This document shows positions 33,328 to 42,303 of a DNA stretch of 64,000 bases, piece by piece. Position numbers and translations under genes: made by a program. Below the pieces are notes generated by a model. The model searched no databases, was not told the DNA's origin, and saw only the letters and a program-made list of their open reading frames with translations. Source of the DNA: Polyangiaceae bacterium (lineage in GTDB: Bacteria > Myxococcota_A > Polyangia > Polyangiales > Polyangiaceae). The DNA lies in NCBI GenBank assembly GCA_044376115.1, contig JBILLK010000032.1, forward strand, positions 52,580-116,579, read 5' to 3'. Position 1 is the first letter of the stretch. Every line of letters begins with the position of its first letter.

Positions 33328-34685
33328 CTGAAGCCACCGCAACCAAGAAGCAGCTGGCGCTTGCCGACGAGGAAACGCTCGTTGATCCGCCGTCCTCCGG
33401 GAAGGCCGCGGACTCGCGTCCCGGCAGCGCGGAACCACCGGCAGCAGCCGCCGTTGATGAGGCAAAGTCGGATGAGCCTGAGGCGAAGGACAGCCCGGCC
33501 CCCGCCAAAGACCTCGACTCGACGGACGTTGAGATTGCAGCTCCCGTACTCGAGCCGGCGGCAACCGAGCCCGAGAAGCCGGTACACCCCATCCTGATTC
33601 GCGTCTTTGGACGCACCGACGTCGGTCAGGTGCGTGAGCACAACGAGGACAACTTCCTCGTCGCCGACCTGTCGAAGGGAAGCCGCGGCTTGATGGAGGG
33701 CGACCGTCGGCAAGAGGTCGGCCCGCGCGGCACCGTGCTCGGCGTGTGTGACGGCATGGGCGGCGCCGCAGCGGGCGAGGTCGCAAGCCAACTCGCGGTG
33801 GACATCGTCTATCAACGGATGCTCGCGGGCGAGCCCCCGGCCTCGCAAAACGAGCTCGCGGCGCGGCTCGTACACTCGATCGAGTCGGCCGGCATGCGCA
33901 TCTTTGCAGACGCCAAGGCCGACCGTTCGCGCAGAGGCATGGGCACCACGGCGACGGTCGCTGCGCTCGTGGACTCACGGCTCTACCTCGGTCAGGTCGG
34001 AGACAGCCGCGGCTATCTGCTCCGCGGTGACAGGCTCGTGCAAGTCACGCGTGATCAGTCGCTGGTGAACCAGCTGATTGAGGCCGGGCAGCTGACCGAA
34101 GAAGAGGCCGAGACCTTCGAACACAACAACATCATCCTGCAAGCGCTCGGTACGGCTGAGACCGTGCAGGTGGATCTCACCTACGTGGATCTGATGCGAG
34201 GAGACACGCTGCTCCTGTGCAGCGACGGTCTCTCCGGGATGGTCCGCAACGACGAGATCCGTGAGGTGTTGCGCTCGTTCCCGGACCCGCTCGAGGCCTG
34301 CCGCGAACTGACGGATCGGGCCAATCTTGCTGGCGGTCACGACAACGTGACGGTGGTGGTTGCCCGTTTCGAGGGCGAGGGGCTGGCCGAGCCAACCAAG
34401 GCCGACATCGACGATCTCAAGTACCGCAAGAGCGAGCTGATCGAGTCCGGCCGGAGCCCAGAGAACAGTCCGCGCTCGAGCATGCGGCCAGGCCGAGCCT
34501 CACTTACGCCCAACATCGAGGTTCGGGACTACGAGGACGATGGGGACTACCCGGAGCTGCGACAGCTCCGCCACGACGACCCGGTCGAACTACCGAGAGA
34601 GTCGGCGCCTTCGTGGATCGTGACGATGCTGATCGTGAGCGCGGTAACGTGCATCGTGGTGCTCAGCTACTACTTCCTCCGGTGA
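33324..34685 (+). CDS. PP2C-family (Stp1/PrpC-like) Ser/Thr phosphatase with C-terminal membrane anchor
   Basis: TDVGQVREHNED, VCDGMGG, MGTT, VGDSR, LLCSDGL, GGHDNVT; ATGA overlap with the FHA gene. Confidence 0.93.
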   Translation: MTEATATKKQLALADEETLVDPPSSGKAADSRPGSAEPPAAAAVDEAKSDEPEAKDSPAPAKDLDSTDVEIAAPVLEPAATEPEKPVHPILIRVFGRTDVGQVREHNEDNFLVADLSKGSRGLMEGDRRQEVGPRGTVLGVCDGMGGAAAGEVASQLAVDIVYQRMLAGEPPASQNELAARLVHSIESAGMRIFADAKADRSRRGMGTTATVAALVDSRLYLGQVGDSRGYLLRGDRLVQVTRDQSLVNQLIEAGQLTEEEAETFEHNNIILQALGTAETVQVDLTYVDLMRGDTLLLCSDGLSGMVRNDEIREVLRSFPDPLEACRELTDRANLAGGHDNVTVVVARFEGEGLAEPTKADIDDLKYRKSELIESGRSPENSPRSSMRPGRASLTPNIEVRDYEDDGDYPELRQLRHDDPVELPRESAPSWIVTMLIVSAVTCIVVLSYYFLR

Positions 34686-34701
34686 GTGCCGCCGAGCTCA
34701 C

Positions 34702-36822
34702 GTGATTGCTCAGCTTGCACGGCGAATCCTCTGGCTGATTCCCGTCGTCTTCTTCGCCTCGATCGTCGCCTTCCTGCTCTTCTCCAAGAGCCCCGCGAGC
34801 GTCGGGCCCCAGCTTCGTTTTGCCGCCGAGACCGCAGAGGATCGCGAGCGAGCGCTGTTCGCCGAGCTACCGACCTTCTTCAACCTCGGCGTCAGCGACG
34901 TGCGCGATCTCACGAACACAGCGCTCGTGGACGTGGAGGCGGACGAGGCCGAGCGCCGCGCACGAGGACGGCGCGAACTGCGGCGGATCGGCGGCGCTGG
35001 CTTCCCTACCGTGTTCGCTTCATTCAGCGACTTCAGCGAGCCAACGAAGGTCGCGATCGGGCTTTCGCTCGCGCCGGTTGCAGCGCGGATGCGTTTACCG
35101 CGCGCCGGGGATGCGGCCGACCCGAGCCGCACGGTCGACTTCTGGTCGCGCCATTGGGAGGCCCGCTCGACCGAGTACCGCGAGGCCAACGTAAAGAACG
35201 CCCTCGCGCGGCTGCGTCGCTACAAGACCGACGCGCGGCTGAGCGAGCTAGCGGAGCTCGACACCTTTGCGTTGCCGGCCTTGCTCTCGGATCTGAACCC
35301 GCCGAAGAACGACGAGGAGCTGCAGATCGCTCGGGCGATCGTCGAGGTCGCCGCGCGCGTAACCGAACGCGATGATCGCATCGCTGCAGACGCCGATCTC
35401 GAATCGGCCAAGCGTTGTGTGCTCCGCTGGCGGCGCTTCTGGTGGCTCTACGAGCGCGACTTCACCACGCTGGACGGCAAGACCCGCGCGGGCAGCGCCT
35501 TTACGCAAACCCGCTACGGAAAATGGCTCGAGGGCGAGGTGCTCTCGGCCACGCGCGAGAAGAGCCCTTCCGCCGATCTGGCGCGCTATGCGCACTGGTT
35601 GCGGCATACGGCCTTGCATTTGACCGGCGGCCTGCTGCTCGGCTTCCTGTTCAACCTCGCGGGGTCGTGGCGCAACCAAGCGATCAAGCCGTGGACTTCG
35701 ATGCTCGCCAATCCGCTCGCCGACGGAGTGCCCAGCGTGCTGCTTGCGTTGCTGCTGGTAGCGCTCACCGGCCTGCTCCCCGGCCTGGTGCTGGCTGCAC
35801 TCTGCGTCGGTGCGGCGCTGTTAGCGGCGCCTGCTGCGCGCGCCCCACGAGCGATCGCGAGCAGCGCTCCGCGCCTACTGCGAGCCGCCGAACTCACGGC
35901 CCGCTCGCTGCCACGAGCGCTCACCGCAATCTTCGCGGCCGAGTTCTTGTTGGGCCTGCCAGGGATCGGGACGGCGCTGCGTGTGGGCATCGAGCGACGC
36001 GACGCGGTGTTGGTCACGGTCATGGCCGTGAGCTGGCTCTTCTTCGCCAACCTCGCGGTCGCGTTCGCGCAGGCCGTCGAACGTGGCTTGTTCGCGCGCC
36101 GCGCCGCGTGGATTGGGCTCGCGACCGCTCTCGCGTTTGCAGCGCTCAGCGTGGCGGCTGTCCCCTACGAAGCCAGCGTCCCTGCGTTGGCTGCGCCAAT
36201 AAAACCAGCCTTCACCGTCCTACCAGCCACTGCGCGAACCTTGGGCTGCACGCTGATTTCGCTGTTTCTGGGTGGGGGGCTCGGCCTGTTGACGGCGGCC
36301 TTGGTCGCGCGTCGGAAGCGGCCGCGGGAAGGCTTGCTCTCGACCGTGAGCCGCCTGTTCGATGCAGCGCCGAGCATCCTGATCGTCGTGCTGGTTCGTT
36401 CGTACGAGGGGATCGACAGCGACACGGCGGTGGTGCTGAGCGCGAGCTTCACACTGTGGGCGCTGACAGCCACCGCCTTCGGCGATCGGCTCCGCCAGCT
36501 GCGTCGCACCGACTATGGCCTCGCCTCGTTGGCGTTGGGCGTAAGTGAGGCCGGCTTCGTGCGGCTGCATGGCTGGCCCTTCCTTCGAAGCAACGTCGGC
36601 TACGTGGTGCTGACCGGGCTCGGCGTCGTGATCAGCTTGGAGGCGAGCCTGAGCTGGATGGGCTTCGCACAAGACGCCTCGTGGGGCACGCTGCTCGCCG
36701 CAGAGGCCGCACATTCGCAGCCGCCGCTCTTGGCCTGTGCCATCGCCTTGCTGCTGGCTGCCGCCTACTTCACGGCACGACGCTTCGAGCTGCGCGCGCT
36801 CCGTCCGGCAAACCAAGGTTGA
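34702..36822 (+). CDS. Divergent fused peptide/nickel-type ABC permease (DppB-like plus DppC-like)
   Basis: RRILWLIP N-terminus, RYGKWL, FLLGLPGIG; second half with DYGLASLALG..RLHGWP, EASLSWMG, SWG. Confidence 0.65.
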   Translation: MIAQLARRILWLIPVVFFASIVAFLLFSKSPASVGPQLRFAAETAEDRERALFAELPTFFNLGVSDVRDLTNTALVDVEADEAERRARGRRELRRIGGAGFPTVFASFSDFSEPTKVAIGLSLAPVAARMRLPRAGDAADPSRTVDFWSRHWEARSTEYREANVKNALARLRRYKTDARLSELAELDTFALPALLSDLNPPKNDEELQIARAIVEVAARVTERDDRIAADADLESAKRCVLRWRRFWWLYERDFTTLDGKTRAGSAFTQTRYGKWLEGEVLSATREKSPSADLARYAHWLRHTALHLTGGLLLGFLFNLAGSWRNQAIKPWTSMLANPLADGVPSVLLALLLVALTGLLPGLVLAALCVGAALLAAPAARAPRAIASSAPRLLRAAELTARSLPRALTAIFAAEFLLGLPGIGTALRVGIERRDAVLVTVMAVSWLFFANLAVAFAQAVERGLFARRAAWIGLATALAFAALSVAAVPYEASVPALAAPIKPAFTVLPATARTLGCTLISLFLGGGLGLLTAALVARRKRPREGLLSTVSRLFDAAPSILIVVLVRSYEGIDSDTAVVLSASFTLWALTATAFGDRLRQLRRTDYGLASLALGVSEAGFVRLHGWPFLRSNVGYVVLTGLGVVISLEASLSWMGFAQDASWGTLLAAEAAHSQPPLLACAIALLLAAAYFTARRFELRALRPANQG

Positions 36823-36911
36823 TGCGGCAATCGGAAGTCATTCGCGCGCGTTAGCGGCGAGCGGCTAAGCGTGGGCTCGCAATCCTCCCGGGGCTACGTT
36901 AGAACCCGGCC

Positions 36912-37553
36912 ATGGCCATTGCCTATGTGACAGAGGCAGACTTCGAGCGCGAAGTCATCAAGAGCGAGCACACCGTGCTCGTGTATTTCACCGCCGATTG
37001 GTGCCAGCCGTGCAAAACGATGGCACCGGAGATCGACGCCCTCGCACGTGAAACCGAAGGCAAACTCAAGATCCGCAAGGTCGACATCGACAAGTCCAAG
37101 CGGCTTGCGCAGTTGCTTCGCATTCAGTCGGTGCCGAGCTTCGTCGTGTTTGCAAAAGGGCGCCCGGTGCTGATGGAGGCGGGCGTTCGGCGCAAGTCGG
37201 ACTTGCTGGCCATGCTCGATCCGTTCATGCCGCGGCCCGAAGGGGCTGTGAAGCCTGCAGAGCTTGCGCAGCTGATCGCGCAGGGGCACGTGACCGCGGT
37301 GGATATTCGCGAGGCCAGCGCCTTCAACCGAGCTCGCCTGCCCAGGGCCGCGAGCTTCCCCGAAGCCGAGATCGAGTCGCGCTTGGCCGAGCTGCAGATG
37401 CTGGATGGCGAGCCGGTCCTCTACTGTCGCACCGGTGAAAAATCCCGTGAGCTCGCCGACAAACTGGCCGCGGCTGGGATGGGCGTCGCCTTCTTGGAGG
37501 GCGGTATTTTGGCGTGGGAAAGCGCGTTTTTGCCGGTGGAGCGACCCGATTGA
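36912..37553 (+). CDS. Thioredoxin-rhodanese fusion protein
   Basis: FTADWCQPC thioredoxin site; rhodanese motifs VDIRE, LYCRTGEKS, LEGGILAW. Confidence 0.88.
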   Translation: MAIAYVTEADFEREVIKSEHTVLVYFTADWCQPCKTMAPEIDALARETEGKLKIRKVDIDKSKRLAQLLRIQSVPSFVVFAKGRPVLMEAGVRRKSDLLAMLDPFMPRPEGAVKPAELAQLIAQGHVTAVDIREASAFNRARLPRAASFPEAEIESRLAELQMLDGEPVLYCRTGEKSRELADKLAAAGMGVAFLEGGILAWESAFLPVERPD

Positions 37554-39274
37554 ACACCAACGTCGTTACGGAGCTGACAGCTGTCTTACGAGCGGCCATC
37601 GTCAAAACGCTCGGCCCTGAGTTCGCCCAAACCGATCCGATGTTGCGCCGCTCGACGCACGCGGATTTCCAAGCCAACTGCGCGCTCGCGCTGCAGAAGC
37701 TGACCAAAGAGAATCCACGCGCGCTGGCCACCAAGATCGTCGCCAATCTCGATGCGCCCTCGGTGCTCGAGCGCGTCGAGATCGCCGGGCCTGGCTTCCT
37801 CAACATCCATCTGCGGGCAGACTTCCTGGCGTCGGCGCTGGCGGCGCAACTCGCCGACGAGCGGGCCGGCGTAGCGCTATCCCCTGCCCCCGAGGTCGTC
37901 GTGATCGACTACTCCTCGCCCAACGCCGCCAAGGAGATGCACGTCGGGCATTTGCGCAGCACGGTGATTGGGGACGCACTGCACCGCGTGCTCGCCTTCC
38001 GCGGTCATCGCGTGGTGCCGCAAAATCACCTGGGAGATTGGGGCACGCCCTTCGGCATGTTGATCGAGCACCTACTCGATTCCGACGCCGACGGCACCAC
38101 CGACACGGCGGCGCTCAACAGCTTCTACAAGCAGGCGCGCGCAAAGTTCGACAGCTCGCCGGAGTTCGCCGAGCGCGCGCGACGGCGGGTCGTGCTGTTG
38201 CAAGCGGGCGACGCAGAGACGCTCGCCTCGTGGCGCAGGCTGATCGACGAATCGAAGCTGTACATGCGCGGGATTTACGCTCGCTTGGGCGTGTTGCTCA
38301 AAGACGAGGACATCTGCGGCGAGAGCTTCTTCAACCCGGCGCTCGCGCCGCTGGCGCAGGAGCTCGAAGAGCGCGGGCTCGCCAGCATCAATGAAGGCGC
38401 GCTGTGTATGTACCCGCCTGGCTTCGTCAATCGCGAGGGCAACCCGATGGCGCTGATGCTGCGCAAGCAGGACGGCGGCTTCGGCTATGGCGCGACGGAT
38501 GTCGCCGCGCTGCGGTACCGCGTGGAGAAGCTCGGCGGGACCCGACTTTTGTACGTCGTCGGCTCGCCGCAATCGCAGCACTTGGCGATGATCTTCAAGG
38601 CCGGCGAGCTCGCTGGCTACATGGGTGGCGCACGTGCCGAGCACGTGCAGTTCGGCTCGGTGCTCGGCGCCGACGGCAAGATGTTCAAGACCCGTGAAGG
38701 AGAGACGGTTCGCCTCTCTGCGTTGCTGGCCGAAGGTGAAGAACGGGCGAAGGCCACCGTGCTCGCCAAGGCCGCCGAGCGCGAGGAAGCACCCGCCGAT
38801 GTGGACGGAGCTGCTCACTCGATCGCGATCGCAGCGATCAAGTACGCCGATCTCTCGAGTGATCGCATCAAAGACTACGTGTTCGATTGGGACCGTATGC
38901 TGGCAGCCACGGGCAACACAGGCCCCTACCTGCAATACGCCTACGCTCGAACCCAGTCGATCTTGCGCAAGGCCGACGCGCCGTTCGAGTCGGCCCCCAT
39001 TCTGCTCAATGAGCCGGCCGAGCGCGCGCTCGCACTTACGTTGCTGGCCTTCTCTGAGGCCGTGATCGACGTGGAGGGCTCGCTCGAGCCGCACCGGCTT
39101 TGTACCTATCTTTACGAGCTTGCCTCGGTGACCAGCACCTTTCTCACCGCCTGCCCCGTGCTCAAGGCCGAGCCGGAAATTCGGGCGTCACGCTTGGCGC
39201 TCTGCAAGCTCTCAGGCCAGGTACTGCAACGCGGCCTCGAGCTGCTCGGCATCACCGCGATCGAGCGGATGTAG
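37550..39274 (+). CDS. argS: Arginine--tRNA ligase
   Basis: ADFQAN, IAGPGFLN, DYSSPNAAKEMHVGHLRST, GDWGTPFG, KMFKTR, GNTGPYLQYAYAR, C-terminal ERM. Confidence 0.96.
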   Translation: MNTNVVTELTAVLRAAIVKTLGPEFAQTDPMLRRSTHADFQANCALALQKLTKENPRALATKIVANLDAPSVLERVEIAGPGFLNIHLRADFLASALAAQLADERAGVALSPAPEVVVIDYSSPNAAKEMHVGHLRSTVIGDALHRVLAFRGHRVVPQNHLGDWGTPFGMLIEHLLDSDADGTTDTAALNSFYKQARAKFDSSPEFAERARRRVVLLQAGDAETLASWRRLIDESKLYMRGIYARLGVLLKDEDICGESFFNPALAPLAQELEERGLASINEGALCMYPPGFVNREGNPMALMLRKQDGGFGYGATDVAALRYRVEKLGGTRLLYVVGSPQSQHLAMIFKAGELAGYMGGARAEHVQFGSVLGADGKMFKTREGETVRLSALLAEGEERAKATVLAKAAEREEAPADVDGAAHSIAIAAIKYADLSSDRIKDYVFDWDRMLAATGNTGPYLQYAYARTQSILRKADAPFESAPILLNEPAERALALTLLAFSEAVIDVEGSLEPHRLCTYLYELASVTSTFLTACPVLKAEPEIRASRLALCKLSGQVLQRGLELLGITAIERM

Positions 39275-39298
39275 CGAGTCGGGCGACGCTGGGCAGCC

Positions 39299-39395
39299 TG
39301 TGGAAAACCCGTGGAGGGTTTTCCACAACTAGCCCCTTTGTGCGGCTTTTCGGCCCGAGCTATCGGTGGATAACTTGTGCTCGACCGGTGGCTAA
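39299..39395. promoter_or_regulatory. DnaA-box-like cluster including a 12-bp perfect inverted repeat (may also act as terminator)
   Basis: TGTGGAAAA 39299-39307 and TTTTCCACA 39319-39327 match TTWTNCACA; GGTGGATAA 39365-39373 (1 mismatch); GGTGGCTAA 39387-39395 (2 mismatches). Confidence 0.5.
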
Positions 39396-41434
39396 CGGGT
39401 GCCCAGGAAGGCCTCCAGCGCTGCCGCCAGGACCTCGCGAACGGGCGCGCCGTGCTCGGCTGCGAGTTTACGGCACTGATCGAATTCGGGCTTGGCGTGC
39501 GCCGGACCGAAGGGACCTTCCGCCACCTTCACCTCGACCGAGCCGAAGCGGGTCTCCACCGAAACCATGCGTCGCGGACGTTCAGCCCGACTGACCTCGG
39601 TCCTGCGCACGCCCAACGTCGTCGACTCGCGCAACAACGTGGAGGTGATCACCGCCTCGTGCTCGTGGTCGCAAAGCACGTGCAGGATCTGACCCGGCCG
39701 GCCTTTCTTCATCAGCGCCGACGTCAGCCAGGCATCGCGCGCGCCAGCCGCGAGCAGCGCCTCCACGACGAAGGCCGCAAGCTCTGGGGTCATATCGTCG
39801 ATGTTGCTCGCCAACTCGATCAAGTTGCGGCGCACGAGCGGCGCCTCACCGAGCACGGCGCGCAGCAAATTGGGCCGGTCGGCGAGGTCACGATGACCCG
39901 CCCCCACCCCGATCTGCAGCGGCGAGATCGACGGCCAGGCTTCGAACGAGGTGGCGACCGTTGCAATGATGGCCGCGCCCGTGGGCGTCACCAACTCGAG
40001 CTCGAGATTGGCCGGCACGGTGGGAACGCCGCGCAAACAATGCAGCACCGCCGGCGGTGGATTCGGCAGCATACCGTGCGCCGCGCGGATGAAACCGCGG
40101 CCCATCGGCAGCGGCGAGCAGGTCACCGATTCAGCGCCGAGGTAGCAAAGCGCCGCTGCTGCACCGACGATATCGACGATCGCGTCGACGCCGCCGACCT
40201 CGTGAAAATGCACCTCGTCCAACGGAACGCGGTGCGCGTGCGACTCGGCCTCGGCCAAGCGGGCGAAGATGCGCAACGCGAGCGACTTGACGTCCTCGGC
40301 CAGCTTGCTGTTTTCGATCAGACCGCGAATGGTGCTGTAGTTGCGCGCGGGCTGCGCCTTCTCCTCGTGCACGTCGAACAGCGTGCCGGCGATCGCGTGC
40401 TTGAGCGCGTAGCCGATATGAAGGTGAAAGGCCTCAGCGCCGAGCACCTCCGCGGCCGCCTCTTGCACCACCGTCAGCGGCACACCGAGGTCGATCAACG
40501 AAGCGATGATCATGTCCCCGGCGAGGCCGGAGTTCGCGTCGAAGAAGAGCACCTTGCCCACCCCCGCGCCGCGCGGCAACGTCACGCGCTCGAGCGTCGA
40601 CTCGTGCGCATACGAGTGACCGTGCTCGTGGGAGTGACCGTGCTCATGCGCATGGTCGTGGTCATGCGCATGGTCGTGGTCGTGCGCATGGTCATGCGTG
40701 TGACCGTGCTCATGGTCGTGCGCATGTGAGTGACCGTGCTCATGCGCGTGGTCGTGGTCGTGGTCGTGCGCATGGTCGTGGCCGTGCTCATGGGCGTGAC
40801 CGTGCTCATGGGCGTGGTCGTGACCATGGTCGTGACCGTGCTCGTGACCATGCTCATGGGCGGGCTCGTGGTCGAGCGGGCCGTGCGGGGCGCTCGCGCT
40901 CGTCGCCTCCTCCACCGTTGGATTCGGGTGGGAAACAGGCAGCTCCCCGCGCGGAGCACGCGGTACCCAGCGCGGCTTCTTTTCGCGCGGGGCGTCACCG
41001 GGTCGGTCAAAACGAGGGCGCTCGAAACGAGGTTGCTCGCCGCGCGGGCCGTCGTAGCGCGGCCGCTCGGCCGAACGATCGCCCTGCGCAGGCGGACGAT
41101 CTCCCCAGTTGCTACCGCTGCGCGCCGGAGGACGATCTCCCCAGTTGCCACCGCTACGCTGCGGCGGTCCACGCCGATCACCGCCAGCGTCGCGCGGCGG
41201 CGGGCGGTCTCCCCAGTTGCCGCTGCGTGCGGGCGGTCCACGCCGATCACCACCAGCGTCGCGCGCCGGCGGGCGGTCTCCCCAGTTGCCGCCGCTGCGC
41301 GCAGGCGGCCCTCTGCGGTCTCCGGACGGTGGCCCGCGACGGGGCTCCGGCGACGGACGGGGCTCGGGCTCTGCGGGCCGCGGACGTCGCTTGATCATTA
41401 CGTCGGCGGGCGGCAACTCGTGCTTCTTTTTCAT
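39392..41434 (-). CDS. larC: Nickel-pincer cofactor biosynthesis protein LarC with long N-terminal extension
   Basis: FDANSGLAGDM, AESHAH, VHFHEVGGVDAIVDIVG, AHG..P.PPPA, ELVTPTGAA, NIDDMTPE, MKKGRPG, ESTTLGVR, KPEFD. Confidence 0.93.
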   Translation of the reverse strand: MKKKHELPPADVMIKRRPRPAEPEPRPSPEPRRGPPSGDRRGPPARSGGNWGDRPPARDAGGDRRGPPARSGNWGDRPPPRDAGGDRRGPPQRSGGNWGDRPPARSGSNWGDRPPAQGDRSAERPRYDGPRGEQPRFERPRFDRPGDAPREKKPRWVPRAPRGELPVSHPNPTVEEATSASAPHGPLDHEPAHEHGHEHGHDHGHDHAHEHGHAHEHGHDHAHDHDHDHAHEHGHSHAHDHEHGHTHDHAHDHDHAHDHDHAHEHGHSHEHGHSYAHESTLERVTLPRGAGVGKVLFFDANSGLAGDMIIASLIDLGVPLTVVQEAAAEVLGAEAFHLHIGYALKHAIAGTLFDVHEEKAQPARNYSTIRGLIENSKLAEDVKSLALRIFARLAEAESHAHRVPLDEVHFHEVGGVDAIVDIVGAAAALCYLGAESVTCSPLPMGRGFIRAAHGMLPNPPPAVLHCLRGVPTVPANLELELVTPTGAAIIATVATSFEAWPSISPLQIGVGAGHRDLADRPNLLRAVLGEAPLVRRNLIELASNIDDMTPELAAFVVEALLAAGARDAWLTSALMKKGRPGQILHVLCDHEHEAVITSTLLRESTTLGVRRTEVSRAERPRRMVSVETRFGSVEVKVAEGPFGPAHAKPEFDQCRKLAAEHGAPVREVLAAALEAFLGTR
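40603..40888 (-). repeat. Coding (HX)n His-rich repeat in LarC
   Basis: About 44 His in alternating HEHGHDHAH pattern; 6-bp period DNA repeats. Confidence 0.85.
41080..41325 (-). repeat. Coding Arg/Gly/Pro repeats in the LarC N-terminus
   Basis: Four copies of NWGDRPP and three of GDRRGPP. Confidence 0.8.
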
Positions 41435-42216
41435 GCTGGGGATCCCTCGGGCCTATTGTCGCGAGCGCGGCTCTGAGCCAGCGCGGTTGCCATCCGAAAC
41501 ACGGCCATCGCCGCACCAAACCCGTTATCGATGTTGACCACGGTCACGCCGCTGCCACAGCTGGTCAACATCGCCATCATCGGTGTAAGCCCGCCCAACG
41601 CAGAGCCGTAGCCCACCGAGGTTGGAACGGCGACCACCGGCGTGGCCACCAACCCCGCGACCACGCTCGGCAGCGCGCCCTCCATCCCGGCGATCACAAT
41701 CAGAGCGTCTTGCTGCCTCAGCGTCTCCAAGCGCGAGAGCAATCGGTGCAGACCAGCGACCCCAACGTCCACCACGCGCTCGGCGCGGATTCCTACCGCG
41801 AGCAACGTCTCGTTCGCTTCTTCGGCCACCGGAAGATCGGTCGTGCCCGCCGTCATGATCGCAACGCGAAAGTCCCGCGCCGGCGGCGGCTCGATCTCGA
41901 TGCGCGCAGTGCGTGCGAGCGGATGCAGCTGGGCGCTCGGAAACGCCTGCGCGATCGCCGCGAGCGCGGCCGGGCTGGTCCGCGTCACGAGCACGTTCTG
42001 TTGCCGATCGAGCAGCGTCTGCGCGATGGCGAGGATCTGCGCCTCGCTCTTGCCCTCGCCGAAGATCACCTCGGGCACGCCCTGCCGCAGCTGCCGATGC
42101 ACATCGACGACTGCGCCCTCGAGCTCGACGAGCGGGGAAATCGCGAGCTTGGAGAGAGCATCGCTTACATTGATTGCGCCGTTGGCAAGACCCTCGAGAA
42201 TCGCCCGAACGTTCAT
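41431..42216 (-). CDS. larB: Nickel-pincer cofactor biosynthesis protein LarB
   Basis: D.HRQLRQGVPEVIFGEGK, AGTTDLPVAEE, DVGVAGLHR, AGMEGALPSVV, VPTSVGYG, VVNIDNGFGAA. Confidence 0.95.
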   Translation of the reverse strand: MNVRAILEGLANGAINVSDALSKLAISPLVELEGAVVDVHRQLRQGVPEVIFGEGKSEAQILAIAQTLLDRQQNVLVTRTSPAALAAIAQAFPSAQLHPLARTARIEIEPPPARDFRVAIMTAGTTDLPVAEEANETLLAVGIRAERVVDVGVAGLHRLLSRLETLRQQDALIVIAGMEGALPSVVAGLVATPVVAVPTSVGYGSALGGLTPMMAMLTSCGSGVTVVNIDNGFGAAMAVFRMATALAQSRARDNRPEGSPA

Positions 42217-42303
42217 CGCTCGTGCTTCTACACCGTCCGCGATCGTGCAGGCGAGCGAGTTCGCCCCTTTTCTTCCGCGGCGAGGGGTACCACAATCGAC
42301 CTC

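Noticed and set aside
39299..39395. Chromosomal oriC
   Set aside because: No AT-rich unwinding region and no dnaA/dnaN/gidA neighbours; kept only as a box cluster
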